Assembly: GCA_043771555.1 (NCBI GenBank)
Contig: JAYVHB010000069.1
Coordinates: 1,196-65,195, forward strand
Length of the DNA stretch: 64,000 nucleotides
Reading direction: 5' to 3'
Origin: Flavobacterium sp.
GTDB lineage: Bacteria > Bacteroidota > Bacteroidia > Flavobacteriales > Flavobacteriaceae
Shown: positions 39,554 through 47,943 of the stretch, piece by piece
Layout of the letters: every line of letters starts with the position of its first letter
Numbering within the stretch: the first letter of the stretch is position 1
Made by a program: the position numbers and the translations under genes
Notes under the pieces: model-generated
The model's input: the letters and a program-made list of their open reading frames with translations, nothing else
Told to the model about the DNA's origin: nothing
Database searches by the model: none

Positions 39554-39865
39554 TTATGGAATAACTATCTCGCCTTGCCATTGCATAAAACCTCCAACAA
39601 GGTTGTACGTTTTTTCAAATCCCAATTGGTTCATGACGCCGCAAGCTTGAGCACTACGACCGCCTGCTTTACAATAAACATAGATGTTTTTGGTTTTATC
39701 AAGCACATCAACTTCGTAAATAAAACCTTGACCTTTGAAAATATCAATGCAAATAGCATTAGCAATAATGCCTTCTGCGCACTCTTCTGGTGTGCGGACA
39801 TCCAAAATTATTGCATTATTGTCTATTGCCAATTGTGAAGTCCATTCCTGTTGTGATAAGTCCAT
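39554..39865 (-). CDS. Single-domain rhodanese
   Basis: ILDVRTPEE, YCKAGGRS and NLVGGFMQW; ATG at 39865 preferred. Confidence 0.9.
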   Translation of the reverse strand: MDLSQQEWTSQLAIDNNAIILDVRTPEECAEGIIANAICIDIFKGQGFIYEVDVLDKTKNIYVYCKAGGRSAQACGVMNQLGFEKTYNLVGGFMQWQGEIVIP

Positions 39866-39938
39866 TTCTTTATTTTTTTCAAAAATAGAAAAACTACTGA
39901 ATTTTACAACTATAAAGTTTAACAAATATTTAATAGAC

Positions 39939-39954
39939 ATTTGTATATACAAAT
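39939..39954. promoter_or_regulatory. Perfect 16-bp palindrome, candidate MarR operator overlapping the -33 box
   Basis: atttgtatatacaaat, between the divergent rhodanese and marR genes; TAGATTTG -7 box at 39967-39974. Confidence 0.6.
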
Positions 39955-39998
39955 AAAAAAACTATATAGATTTGCAATATAAAATAGCAACTATTGTA

Positions 39999-40451
39999 AT
40001 GACAATTGAAAAAGAAATAAAAAGTACGATCCCTTTAGAAATATCAAAAAAAGTGATACTCAATATTTTCTTTACTAGAAATGTAGTAGTAGATAACCTA
40101 CTTGAACTATTAAAGCCTTTCGATATATCAATTGAACAATATAATGTGCTTCGTATCTTGAAAGGTCAAAAAGGAATTCCAGCCAATATGAATGTAATTC
40201 AAGAACGAATGATCACTAAAAACAGTAATACAACACGATTAATAGATAAATTATTAAACAAACAGAAGGTTACAAGAGCCGTTTGTCCTTCAAATAAAAG
40301 AAAAATTGAAATCAATATCACTCAAAAAGGCCTTGATACTCTGGATAGTTTAGAACCAAATATTTATAATCTTGAATCTTTTTTTACAAATAAATTAAAT
40401 TCAAATGAATTGGAACAACTCAACTCATTATTAGAAAAACTTAGAACATAA
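39999..40451 (+). CDS. MarR-family transcriptional regulator
   Basis: EQYNVLRILKGQ, SNTTRLIDKL and NKRKIEINITQKG. Confidence 0.9.
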   Translation: MTIEKEIKSTIPLEISKKVILNIFFTRNVVVDNLLELLKPFDISIEQYNVLRILKGQKGIPANMNVIQERMITKNSNTTRLIDKLLNKQKVTRAVCPSNKRKIEINITQKGLDTLDSLEPNIYNLESFFTNKLNSNELEQLNSLLEKLRT

Positions 40452-40498
40452 AAATTTAATACTAATTATCTAAATACTAACTTTAATACTTTTAAAAC

Positions 40499-41065
40499 AT
40501 GAAAAACTTAAAAACAATTGCAGTAACTTTATTACTAGCTACATCGCTCACAATGTCAGCGCAACAAAAGAAAATTGATGCAAAAACAAGTACGATTTCT
40601 TGGATAGGAAAAAAAGTAACTGGACAACACTCTGGAACTTTAAATATCAAAGACGGAACACTCGTGTTTGCTAAGAAAAAACTAAAAGGTGGTTTGATAA
40701 CTGTCGATATGACATCTATAAATACAACAGATTTGCAAGCTGGTAAAGGCAAAGAAGATCTTGACGGACACTTAAAAGCTGATGATTTTTTCGGAACAGC
40801 AAAATATCCAACAGCCAAAATCGATTTCAAACTTATAGCCGATAATGGTAACGGAAAATACACTGTTACTGCCGATTTAACTATCAAAGAAATCACCAAA
40901 CCTATCAAATTCGAAATTGTTGTAAAAGGGAAAACCGCAACTACAAACCTAAAAATAGACCGTACCAAATACGATATTAAATACGGATCGGGAACATTTT
41001 TTGAAAACTTAGGCGACAAAACCATTTCTGACGAATTTGATTTGGCTGTAGCTTTAAAATTCTAA
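40499..41065 (+). CDS. YceI-family lipid/polyisoprenoid-binding protein
   Basis: Signal peptide; WIGKKVTGQHSG, LDGHLKADDFF and IDRTKYDIKYGS. Confidence 0.9.
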   Translation: MKNLKTIAVTLLLATSLTMSAQQKKIDAKTSTISWIGKKVTGQHSGTLNIKDGTLVFAKKKLKGGLITVDMTSINTTDLQAGKGKEDLDGHLKADDFFGTAKYPTAKIDFKLIADNGNGKYTVTADLTIKEITKPIKFEIVVKGKTATTNLKIDRTKYDIKYGSGTFFENLGDKTISDEFDLAVALKF

Positions 41066-41085
41066 TTTTTTGAAAAATAAAATCT

Positions 41086-41112
41086 AAACCTCGAGTTTCT
41101 TTTCGAGGTTTT
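41086..41112 (+). terminator. Terminator after yceI
   Basis: aaacctcga...tcgaggtttt. Confidence 0.6.
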
Positions 41113-41122
41113 ATTACTTTTT

Positions 41123-41203
41123 GGGCGTGCCCTAAGGTCGGGCTTCGGCTTTATCTTTTATTTCGCAAGCTCACAAAAGGATATCGCCTCAATCCCTCAC
41201 GCA
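41123..41203 (+). ncRNA. Flavo-1-like structured RNA/repeat
   Basis: gggcgtg-hairpin-ggtcgggct...atctttt-hairpin-aaaaggat...aatccctcacgc. Resembles the Flavo-1 motif as recalled, not searched. Second copy at 63894. Confidence 0.65.
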
Positions 41204-41245
41204 AATAAAAAAAGAAACATAATTAGTTAATTAAAGATTTTTTTA

Positions 41246-41253
41246 TACATTTG
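41246..41253 (+). promoter_or_regulatory. -7 promoter element of the trp operon
   Basis: TACATTTG ending 11 nt before the leader ATG. Confidence 0.6.
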
Positions 41254-41263
41254 TAATTCTATT

Positions 41264-41320
41264 ATGAAAAACATACTAAACAATACTTGGTGGTGGAACA
41301 ATTTACGTCATACGTCGTGA
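41264..41320 (+). CDS. trpL: trp operon leader peptide MKNILNNTWWWNNLRHTS
   Basis: 18-aa ORF with three tandem TGG codons, upstream of the attenuator hairpin and trpE. Confidence 0.9.
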   Translation: MKNILNNTWWWNNLRHTS

Positions 41321-41357
41321 AGAAGTTTACTTTATAGTATATTTATATTAAAATATC

Positions 41358-41393
41358 AAAAAAGGACTTGTCATCACGACAAGTCCTTTTTTT
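41358..41393 (+). terminator. trp attenuator terminator
   Basis: aaaaaaggacttgtc-atcac-gacaagtccttttttt. gtcgtga (41314-41320) can pair with tcacgac (41374-41380) as an antiterminator. Confidence 0.88.
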
Positions 41394-41407
41394 ATTACAA
41401 AATCAAT

Positions 41408-42808
41408 ATGAAACAATTTCAATTACATACTTTTCACAAACAAATCCTTGCTGACACCATGACGCCTGTAAGTGTTTACTTGAAAATTCGCGATAAATTC
41501 CCAAACAGTCTTTTACTCGAAAGTTCTGATTATCGTGGAAACGACAATAGTTTTTCCTATATATGTTGCAACCCAATTGCGAGTATTAAAATTGAAAATG
41601 AAACAGTAACTCAATATTTTCCTGACGGAACTTCAACAAAATTTGAAGTAAATAAAGAGACCAATATTCCGGAAGTTATTCAAAATTTTGCATCACAATT
41701 CGAATCGCAAAAAAACGATTTCAAGTTCATCAATAACGGATTATTTGGATACATTTCATATGATACTGTTCGTTATTTCGAAAAAATAGAAATAACCAAA
41801 AAAGAAAATAATCTCGAAATTCCGGATGTTTTTTATGCCATTTATCAAAATATAATTGCCATAAATCATTTCAAGAACGAAGCCTTTATTTTTTGTCATT
41901 CTATAAATAATGAAAATAATATTCAAGAAATTGAGCAATTGCTACAATCGAGAAATTTTGCATCTTACTCTTATACTAATGAAGGAAAGCAGACTTCCAA
42001 CCTTTCTGATGACGAATTTAAAGCCAATGTAGCACTAGCAAAAAAACATTGCGGGCGCGGCGATGTGTTTCAATTAGTGTTGTCACGACGATTTACACAA
42101 GATTTCAAAGGCGACGAGTTCAATGTATATCGCGCTTTGCGAAGCATCAATCCAAGTCCGTATTTATTTTATTTCGATTACGGAAATTTTAAAATAATGG
42201 GTTCGTCGCCCGAAGCACAAATTATAGTCAAAAACCGAAAAGCAGAAATTCACCCAATTGCTGGAACTTTCAAACGAACAGGAAACGACGAACAAGATGC
42301 TTTTCTAGCCAAAAAATTACAAGACGATCCCAAAGAAAATGCCGAACATGTCATGTTGGTCGATTTGGCTCGAAACGATTTAAGCCGACACGGAAATAAT
42401 GTTCAAGTTGAAAATTATTGTGAAGTGCAGTTTTTTTCGCACGTCATTCATTTGGTTTCAAAAGTAACGGGAAATTTACACGAAAATGCCACCACAATGC
42501 AAGTTGTAGCCGATACTTTTCCTGCAGGAACGCTTTCTGGCGCACCAAAACACAAAGCCATGCAACTCATCGAGAAATATGAAAAAACAAATCGTGATTT
42601 TTATGGCGGCGCGATAGGATTTATGGATTTTGATGGCAATTTCAATCACGCCATTATGATTCGGACTTTCTTGAGCAAAAATCATCAATTGCACTATCAA
42701 GCTGGTGCTGGAATTGTAAATTCATCCACCGAAGAAGACGAATTACAAGAGGTTTATAACAAATTAGGAGCTTTGAATAAAGCATTGGAATTAGCGGAAA
42801 AAATATAG
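41408..42808 (+). CDS. trpE: Anthranilate synthase component I
   Basis: LLESS, GDVFQLVLS, NPSPYLF, PIAGT, AEHVMLVDLARND and FPAGTLSGAPK motifs. Confidence 0.96.
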   Translation: MKQFQLHTFHKQILADTMTPVSVYLKIRDKFPNSLLLESSDYRGNDNSFSYICCNPIASIKIENETVTQYFPDGTSTKFEVNKETNIPEVIQNFASQFESQKNDFKFINNGLFGYISYDTVRYFEKIEITKKENNLEIPDVFYAIYQNIIAINHFKNEAFIFCHSINNENNIQEIEQLLQSRNFASYSYTNEGKQTSNLSDDEFKANVALAKKHCGRGDVFQLVLSRRFTQDFKGDEFNVYRALRSINPSPYLFYFDYGNFKIMGSSPEAQIIVKNRKAEIHPIAGTFKRTGNDEQDAFLAKKLQDDPKENAEHVMLVDLARNDLSRHGNNVQVENYCEVQFFSHVIHLVSKVTGNLHENATTMQVVADTFPAGTLSGAPKHKAMQLIEKYEKTNRDFYGGAIGFMDFDGNFNHAIMIRTFLSKNHQLHYQAGAGIVNSSTEEDELQEVYNKLGALNKALELAEKI

Positions 42809-42831
42809 TATTAAGAATTAAGATTTTAAAA

Positions 42832-43401
42832 ATGAAAAAAATAATAGTCATAGACAATTACGATAGTTTTACTTACAACCTCGTTCATTATCTGGAAGAT
42901 TTGAATTGTCAAGTCAACGTTTTTCGCAACGACGAATTTGAAATTGAAGAATTAGAAAAATTTGATAAAATTGTACTTTCACCTGGACCAGGAATTCCTG
43001 ATGAAGCAGGATTGCTGAAACAAGTTATTAAAACTTATGCCGAAACCAAAAGTATTTTGGGCGTTTGTCTTGGGCAACAAGCCATTGGCGAAGTTTTTGG
43101 CGGAAGCCTTATTAACCTCGAAAAAGTATATCACGGTGTTGCCACAACTATAAAAATCACTAATCCTGACGAGGTTCTTTTTAGAGATTTACCAAACGAA
43201 TTTGAAGTTGGGCGTTATCATTCGTGGGTAGTTAGTAGTGAAGATTTTCCAAACGATTTAATCATCACATCAATTGATGAAAATGGACAAATTATGTCTT
43301 TGAAACATTCAAAATTCGATGTTCGTGGCGTACAATTTCACCCCGAAAGTGTTTTGACACCAAACGGAAAGAAAATTTTAGAGAATTGGGTTCGTAATTA
43401 G
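42832..43401 (+). CDS. trpG: Anthranilate synthase component II (glutamine amidotransferase)
   Basis: IDNYDSFTYNL, SPGPG, GVCLG and QFHPES. Confidence 0.96.
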   Translation: MKKIIVIDNYDSFTYNLVHYLEDLNCQVNVFRNDEFEIEELEKFDKIVLSPGPGIPDEAGLLKQVIKTYAETKSILGVCLGQQAIGEVFGGSLINLEKVYHGVATTIKITNPDEVLFRDLPNEFEVGRYHSWVVSSEDFPNDLIITSIDENGQIMSLKHSKFDVRGVQFHPESVLTPNGKKILENWVRN

Positions 43402-43496
43402 TGTTCCGTTTTCAATAGCAAAAGTATTCAGCAACATATTTTGCTCAAAAAATCCTTGTAAATCAACTAAATCCGAGCCATCCGCGTTCCAATAAA

Positions 43497-44489
43497 ATGA
43501 AAAACATATTAAACCGACTTTTTAACCACGAAACTTTATCAAAAGATGAAGCCAAAAACGTATTAGTTAATATCTCAAACGGAAGTTACAATCATAGCCA
43601 AGTAGCTAGTTTTTTGACCGTTTACATGATGCGAAGCATTAGCATCGAGGAACTTTCAGGTTTTCGAGAAGCATTATTGGACTTGTGTATACATATAGAT
43701 TTATCAGATTATAATACTATCGATTTATGCGGAACAGGTGGTGATGGAAAAGACACATTCAATATTTCTACATTAGCATCGTTTGTGACAGCAGGAGCAG
43801 AAATTAAAGTCGCCAAACATGGCAATTATGGCGTTTCATCAATTTCTGGATCAAGTAATGTGATGGAAAATTTAGGTGTGAAATTCAGTAACGATGCTAA
43901 TTTTCTTGAAAAATGTATCGACCAAGCGGGAATTTGCATTTTACATGCACCATTATTTCACCCAGCAATGAAAAATGTAGCACCAATCCGAAAAGAATTA
44001 GGCGTAAAAACCTTCTTTAATATGTTAGGGCCAATGGTCAATCCGAGTTTTCCGAAAAATCAATTAGTTGGTGTTTTTAATCTCGAATTAGCAAGAATGT
44101 ATGCTTATTTGTATCAAAACACCGATACCAATTTCAATATTTTGCATAGTTTAGATGGATATGACGAAATTTCGTTGACAGGAAATACAAAATCCATTTC
44201 TAGAACCAAAGAAACCATGTTTTCAGCAGCTGATTTTGGTTTGCATAACTTGAATCAAATTGATATTCAAGGCGGAAAAACCATTGACGAAAGCGCACAA
44301 ATGTTTATCAATATTTTATCAGGAAAAGGAACCCAAGCCCAAAACAATGTGGCTTGTGCCAACGCTGGAATGGCGATTGCAACTGTGAATAATTTAACGA
44401 TAAAACAAGGATTTGAACTCGCAAAAGAAAGTTTATTGTCTGGAAAAGGTTTTGAAAAATTGAAAAAACTACAAGAATTAAGCAAATGA
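43497..44489 (+). CDS. trpD: Anthranilate phosphoribosyltransferase
   Basis: GTGGDGKDTFNIST, KHGN and DGYDE. Confidence 0.96.
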   Translation: MKNILNRLFNHETLSKDEAKNVLVNISNGSYNHSQVASFLTVYMMRSISIEELSGFREALLDLCIHIDLSDYNTIDLCGTGGDGKDTFNISTLASFVTAGAEIKVAKHGNYGVSSISGSSNVMENLGVKFSNDANFLEKCIDQAGICILHAPLFHPAMKNVAPIRKELGVKTFFNMLGPMVNPSFPKNQLVGVFNLELARMYAYLYQNTDTNFNILHSLDGYDEISLTGNTKSISRTKETMFSAADFGLHNLNQIDIQGGKTIDESAQMFINILSGKGTQAQNNVACANAGMAIATVNNLTIKQGFELAKESLLSGKGFEKLKKLQELSK

Positions 44490-45274
44490 ATATTTTAGAC
44501 AATATAATAATCGACAAAAAACGAGAAGTACTTCTCAAAAAGTCCATAATTCCAATTTCGCAACTAGAAAATTCGGTTTTATTTTATAGAAAAACAATTT
44601 CTCTATCTAATAATTTACGAAATAGTAACACTGGAATTATTGCCGAACACAAACGTCGTTCGCCATCAAAACCAAATATCAACAATTCTTTTACAGTAGA
44701 AGAAGTAATCAAAGGTTATGAAAATGCTGGTGTTTGTGGGATTTCTGTTTTGACTGATGGAAAATATTTTGGTGGTTCGCTGGACGATTTACTATTAGCA
44801 CGAGCATCGGTAAATATTCCGTTATTACGAAAAGAATTTATTATTGATGAATATCAAATTCTCGAAGCAAAAGCAAACGGAGCCGATTTAATTTTGCTAA
44901 TCGCAGCCGTTTTATCTCGAGAGGAAATTAAATATTTATCTGAATTTGCCAAAGCAATAGATTTAGAAGTTTTGTTAGAAGTTCATAATCTAGAAGAATT
45001 ACAAAAATCGATTATGCCAAGTCTCGATATGATTGGCGTGAATAATAGAAACCTAAAAACTTTCGAAGTAAGTTTGGATTTCAGTAAACAATTAGCCAAC
45101 GAAATACCAGATGATTTTGTAAAAGTTTCCGAAAGCGGAATAAGTTCAGTCGAAGCGATTCAAGAATTAAAACCTTTTGGTTACAAAGGCTTTCTAATTG
45201 GAGAAAACTTTATGAAAACCCAAAATGCAGGATTAGCAGCAAAAGAATTTATACGAACCCTATCAGGGTTTTAA
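44486..45274 (+). CDS. trpC: Indole-3-glycerol phosphate synthase
   Basis: IAEHKRRSPSK, SVLTD, LRKEFI, GVNNRNL and SESGI. Confidence 0.96.
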   Translation: MNILDNIIIDKKREVLLKKSIIPISQLENSVLFYRKTISLSNNLRNSNTGIIAEHKRRSPSKPNINNSFTVEEVIKGYENAGVCGISVLTDGKYFGGSLDDLLLARASVNIPLLRKEFIIDEYQILEAKANGADLILLIAAVLSREEIKYLSEFAKAIDLEVLLEVHNLEELQKSIMPSLDMIGVNNRNLKTFEVSLDFSKQLANEIPDDFVKVSESGISSVEAIQELKPFGYKGFLIGENFMKTQNAGLAAKEFIRTLSGF

Positions 45275-45288
45275 ACCCTGATAGGGTT
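45256..45288. repeat. Perfect 16-bp inverted repeat (REP-like) overlapping the trpC stop codon
   Basis: aaccctatcagggttt-t-aaaccctgatagggtt. Confidence 0.75.
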
Positions 45289-45302
45289 AAAATAGATATA
45301 AT

Positions 45303-45902
45303 ATGAAACTAAAAATATGCGGCATGAAATATCCCGAAAATATTCTCGAAGTAAGTCAATTACTTCCAGATTATCTCGGATTTATATTTTATAAAAAATC
45401 ATCACGCTATTTTGATGGCAAAATTCCTGAAATTCCAAAAACAATTAAAAAAGTTGGTGTTTTTGTTAATGCAAGTTTAGAAGAAATCACATCGAAAATC
45501 GAAAAATACGATTTAGATTTAATTCAACTTCACGGAAACGAAACTCCAGAATTTTGTAAAAATCTAAAACAAGATAAAATAGAAATCATAAAAGTTTTTT
45601 CGGTAGATGATGATTTTGAATTTAATATTTTAGAAAAATACGAACAAGTTTGCGATTATTTTCTTTTCGATACCAAAGGAAAATTACACGGTGGAAACGG
45701 CATAACTTTCAATTGGAAAATCTTGGATAAATACAAATCAAAAAAACCATTAATTCTCTCTGGTGGCATCGGAATCAATGAAATAGAAAAAATAAAAACA
45801 ATGAGTTTGCCCATTTTCGCAATTGATATAAATAGCAAATTTGAAATTGAACCTGGATTAAAAAATACATATTTATTACAACAATTTATAACCCAACTAT
45901 AA
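45303..45902 (+). CDS. trpF: Phosphoribosylanthranilate isomerase
   Basis: KICG, VGVFVN, QLHGNE, GGNG and LSGGI. Confidence 0.95.
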   Translation: MKLKICGMKYPENILEVSQLLPDYLGFIFYKKSSRYFDGKIPEIPKTIKKVGVFVNASLEEITSKIEKYDLDLIQLHGNETPEFCKNLKQDKIEIIKVFSVDDDFEFNILEKYEQVCDYFLFDTKGKLHGGNGITFNWKILDKYKSKKPLILSGGIGINEIEKIKTMSLPIFAIDINSKFEIEPGLKNTYLLQQFITQL

Positions 45903-45903
45903 A

Positions 45904-47091
45904 ATGACAACAACCTATCACGTTAACGAAAAAGGATTTTATGGCAATTTTGGCGGAGCATATATTCCCGAAATGCTCTACCCAAATGTAGAAGAATTGC
46001 GACAAAATTATTTAAAAATAGCAGCTGAACCATCGTTTCAAGAAGAATTTCATTATTTGTTAAAAGACTATGTGGGTCGCCCTACTCCACTCTATTTTGC
46101 GGAGCGATTGTCCAAAGAATACAACACCAAAGTTTATCTAAAACGAGAAGATTTGTGTCACACAGGCGCACACAAAGTCAATAATACAATCGGACAAATA
46201 TTAATGGCAAAACGATTGGGCAAAACCCGAATTATTGCCGAAACTGGCGCAGGACAACATGGCGTAGCCACTGCAACTGTTTGTGCCTTAATGGGTTTGG
46301 AGTGTATTGTTTACATGGGCGATGTCGATATCAAACGTCAAGCACCAAATGTAGCACGAATGAAAATGCTTGGTGCGGAAGTTCGACCAGCAACATCAGG
46401 TTCAAAAACCTTGAAAGATGCTACTAACGAAGCCATTAGAGATTGGATAAACAATCCCGAAAATACTTATTATATCATAGGTTCGGTGGTTGGACCACAT
46501 CCTTATCCAGATATGGTAGCGCGTTTTCAAGCCGTAATTTCAGAAGAAATAAAAGTGCAATTACTCGAAAAAGAAGGTCGTGAAAACCCTGATTATGTCA
46601 TCGCTTGTGTTGGTGGCGGTAGCAACGCTGCAGGGACTTTTTATCACTTTTTGGACAATCCAGAAGTTAACATCATTTCAGTTGAAGCAGCAGGAAAAGG
46701 CATCGATACTGGCGAAAGTGCAGCTACATCGGCACTAGGTAAAATCGGAATTATTCATGGTGCAAAAACCTTGCTAATGCAATCACCAGACGGACAAATT
46801 ACTGAACCATACTCGATTTCAGCAGGTCTTGATTATCCTGGTGTTGGCCCAATGCACGCCCATTTATTCGAAACCAATCGTGCCGAATTTATTGCCATAA
46901 CCGATGAAGATGCTATGAATTGGGGAATTAAATTATCGCAAACCGAAGGGATAATTCCCGCAATTGAAACCGCTCACGCCTTTGCAATTCTCGATGTCAA
47001 GAAATTCAAACCAACTGATATTGTGGTTATTAACCTGTCTGGTCGTGGCGACAAAGATTTGAATACTTATATAGATTATTTTAAACTCTAA
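45904..47091 (+). CDS. trpB: Tryptophan synthase beta subunit
   Basis: [39 protein letters not shown] and LSGRGDKD. Confidence 0.98.
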   Translation: MTTTYHVNEKGFYGNFGGAYIPEMLYPNVEELRQNYLKIAAEPSFQEEFHYLLKDYVGRPTPLYFAERLSKEYNTKVYLKREDLCHTGAHKVNNTIGQILMAKRLGKTRIIAETGAGQHGVATATVCALMGLECIVYMGDVDIKRQAPNVARMKMLGAEVRPATSGSKTLKDATNEAIRDWINNPENTYYIIGSVVGPHPYPDMVARFQAVISEEIKVQLLEKEGRENPDYVIACVGGGSNAAGTFYHFLDNPEVNIISVEAAGKGIDTGESAATSALGKIGIIHGAKTLLMQSPDGQITEPYSISAGLDYPGVGPMHAHLFETNRAEFIAITDEDAMNWGIKLSQTEGIIPAIETAHAFAILDVKKFKPTDIVVINLSGRGDKDLNTYIDYFKL

Positions 47092-47145
47092 AAATACCTT
47101 GTGTACTTTGTGAAATCTTTGTGCACTTTGTGGTTAAATAAAAAA

Positions 47146-47910
47146 ATGAACCGAATAAATCAAAAACTTCAAGAAGACAAAAAATTATTGTCTATCTATT
47201 TTTCAGCAGGATATCCAAACCTAAATGATACCGCACAAATTATTCAAGACCTTGAAAAATCAGGTGTCGATATGATCGAAATAGGATTGCCTTTTAGCGA
47301 TCCACTGGCTGATGGACCAACTATTCAAGAAAGTTCTACGATTGCTTTGCAAAACGGAATGACCACCAAATTACTATTTGAGCAACTTTCAAATATTCGG
47401 GAAAGCGTAAAAATTCCGTTGATAATTATGGGCTATTTCAACCCAATGTTGCAATATGGCGTGGAAGCATTTTGCAAAAAATGTCAAGAAATTGGTATTG
47501 ACGGAATTATCATGCCCGATTTGCCAGTTGATATTTATGACGAACAATATAAAGAAATTTTCGAAAAACATGGCTTAATCAATGTTTTCTTGATTACACC
47601 ACAAACATCTGAAAGTAGAATTAAATATATAGATTCAGTCTCTGAGGGATTTATTTATATGGTTTCTTCGGCATCTGTAACTGGCGGTAGTTCAAACGAA
47701 TTTGGTGACAGACAACAAGATTATTTTAAGCGAATTAAAGATATGAATTTGAAAAATCCTCAAATTGTTGGTTTCGGTATTAGCAATAAATCGACATTTG
47801 AGCAAGCTACAAAATTTGCAAAAGGCGCTATTATTGGAAGTGCTTTTATTAAAAATTTGACTGAAAATGGTTTAAATTCCATTAAAAACTTTATTCTAAA
47901 TCTGAGATGA
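47146..47910 (+). CDS. trpA: Tryptophan synthase alpha subunit
   Basis: IEIGLPFSDPLADGPTIQ, MGYFNP and VGFGIS; ATG at 47146 preferred. Confidence 0.96.
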   Translation: MNRINQKLQEDKKLLSIYFSAGYPNLNDTAQIIQDLEKSGVDMIEIGLPFSDPLADGPTIQESSTIALQNGMTTKLLFEQLSNIRESVKIPLIIMGYFNPMLQYGVEAFCKKCQEIGIDGIIMPDLPVDIYDEQYKEIFEKHGLINVFLITPQTSESRIKYIDSVSEGFIYMVSSASVTGGSSNEFGDRQQDYFKRIKDMNLKNPQIVGFGISNKSTFEQATKFAKGAIIGSAFIKNLTENGLNSIKNFILNLR

Positions 47911-47943
47911 ACTTATAAGTTTTGAACAAATTTTTGATACTAT

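Noticed and set aside
39431-39560. tRNA-Tyr as an integration site for an island or prophage
   Set aside because: No integrase, no duplicated tRNA 3' end noticed, and the flanking genes are ordinary chromosomal genes.
40492-41025. 177-aa antisense ORF over yceI, and similar short overlapping ORFs across the track
   Set aside because: They fully overlap well-supported genes and show no recognisable domains.
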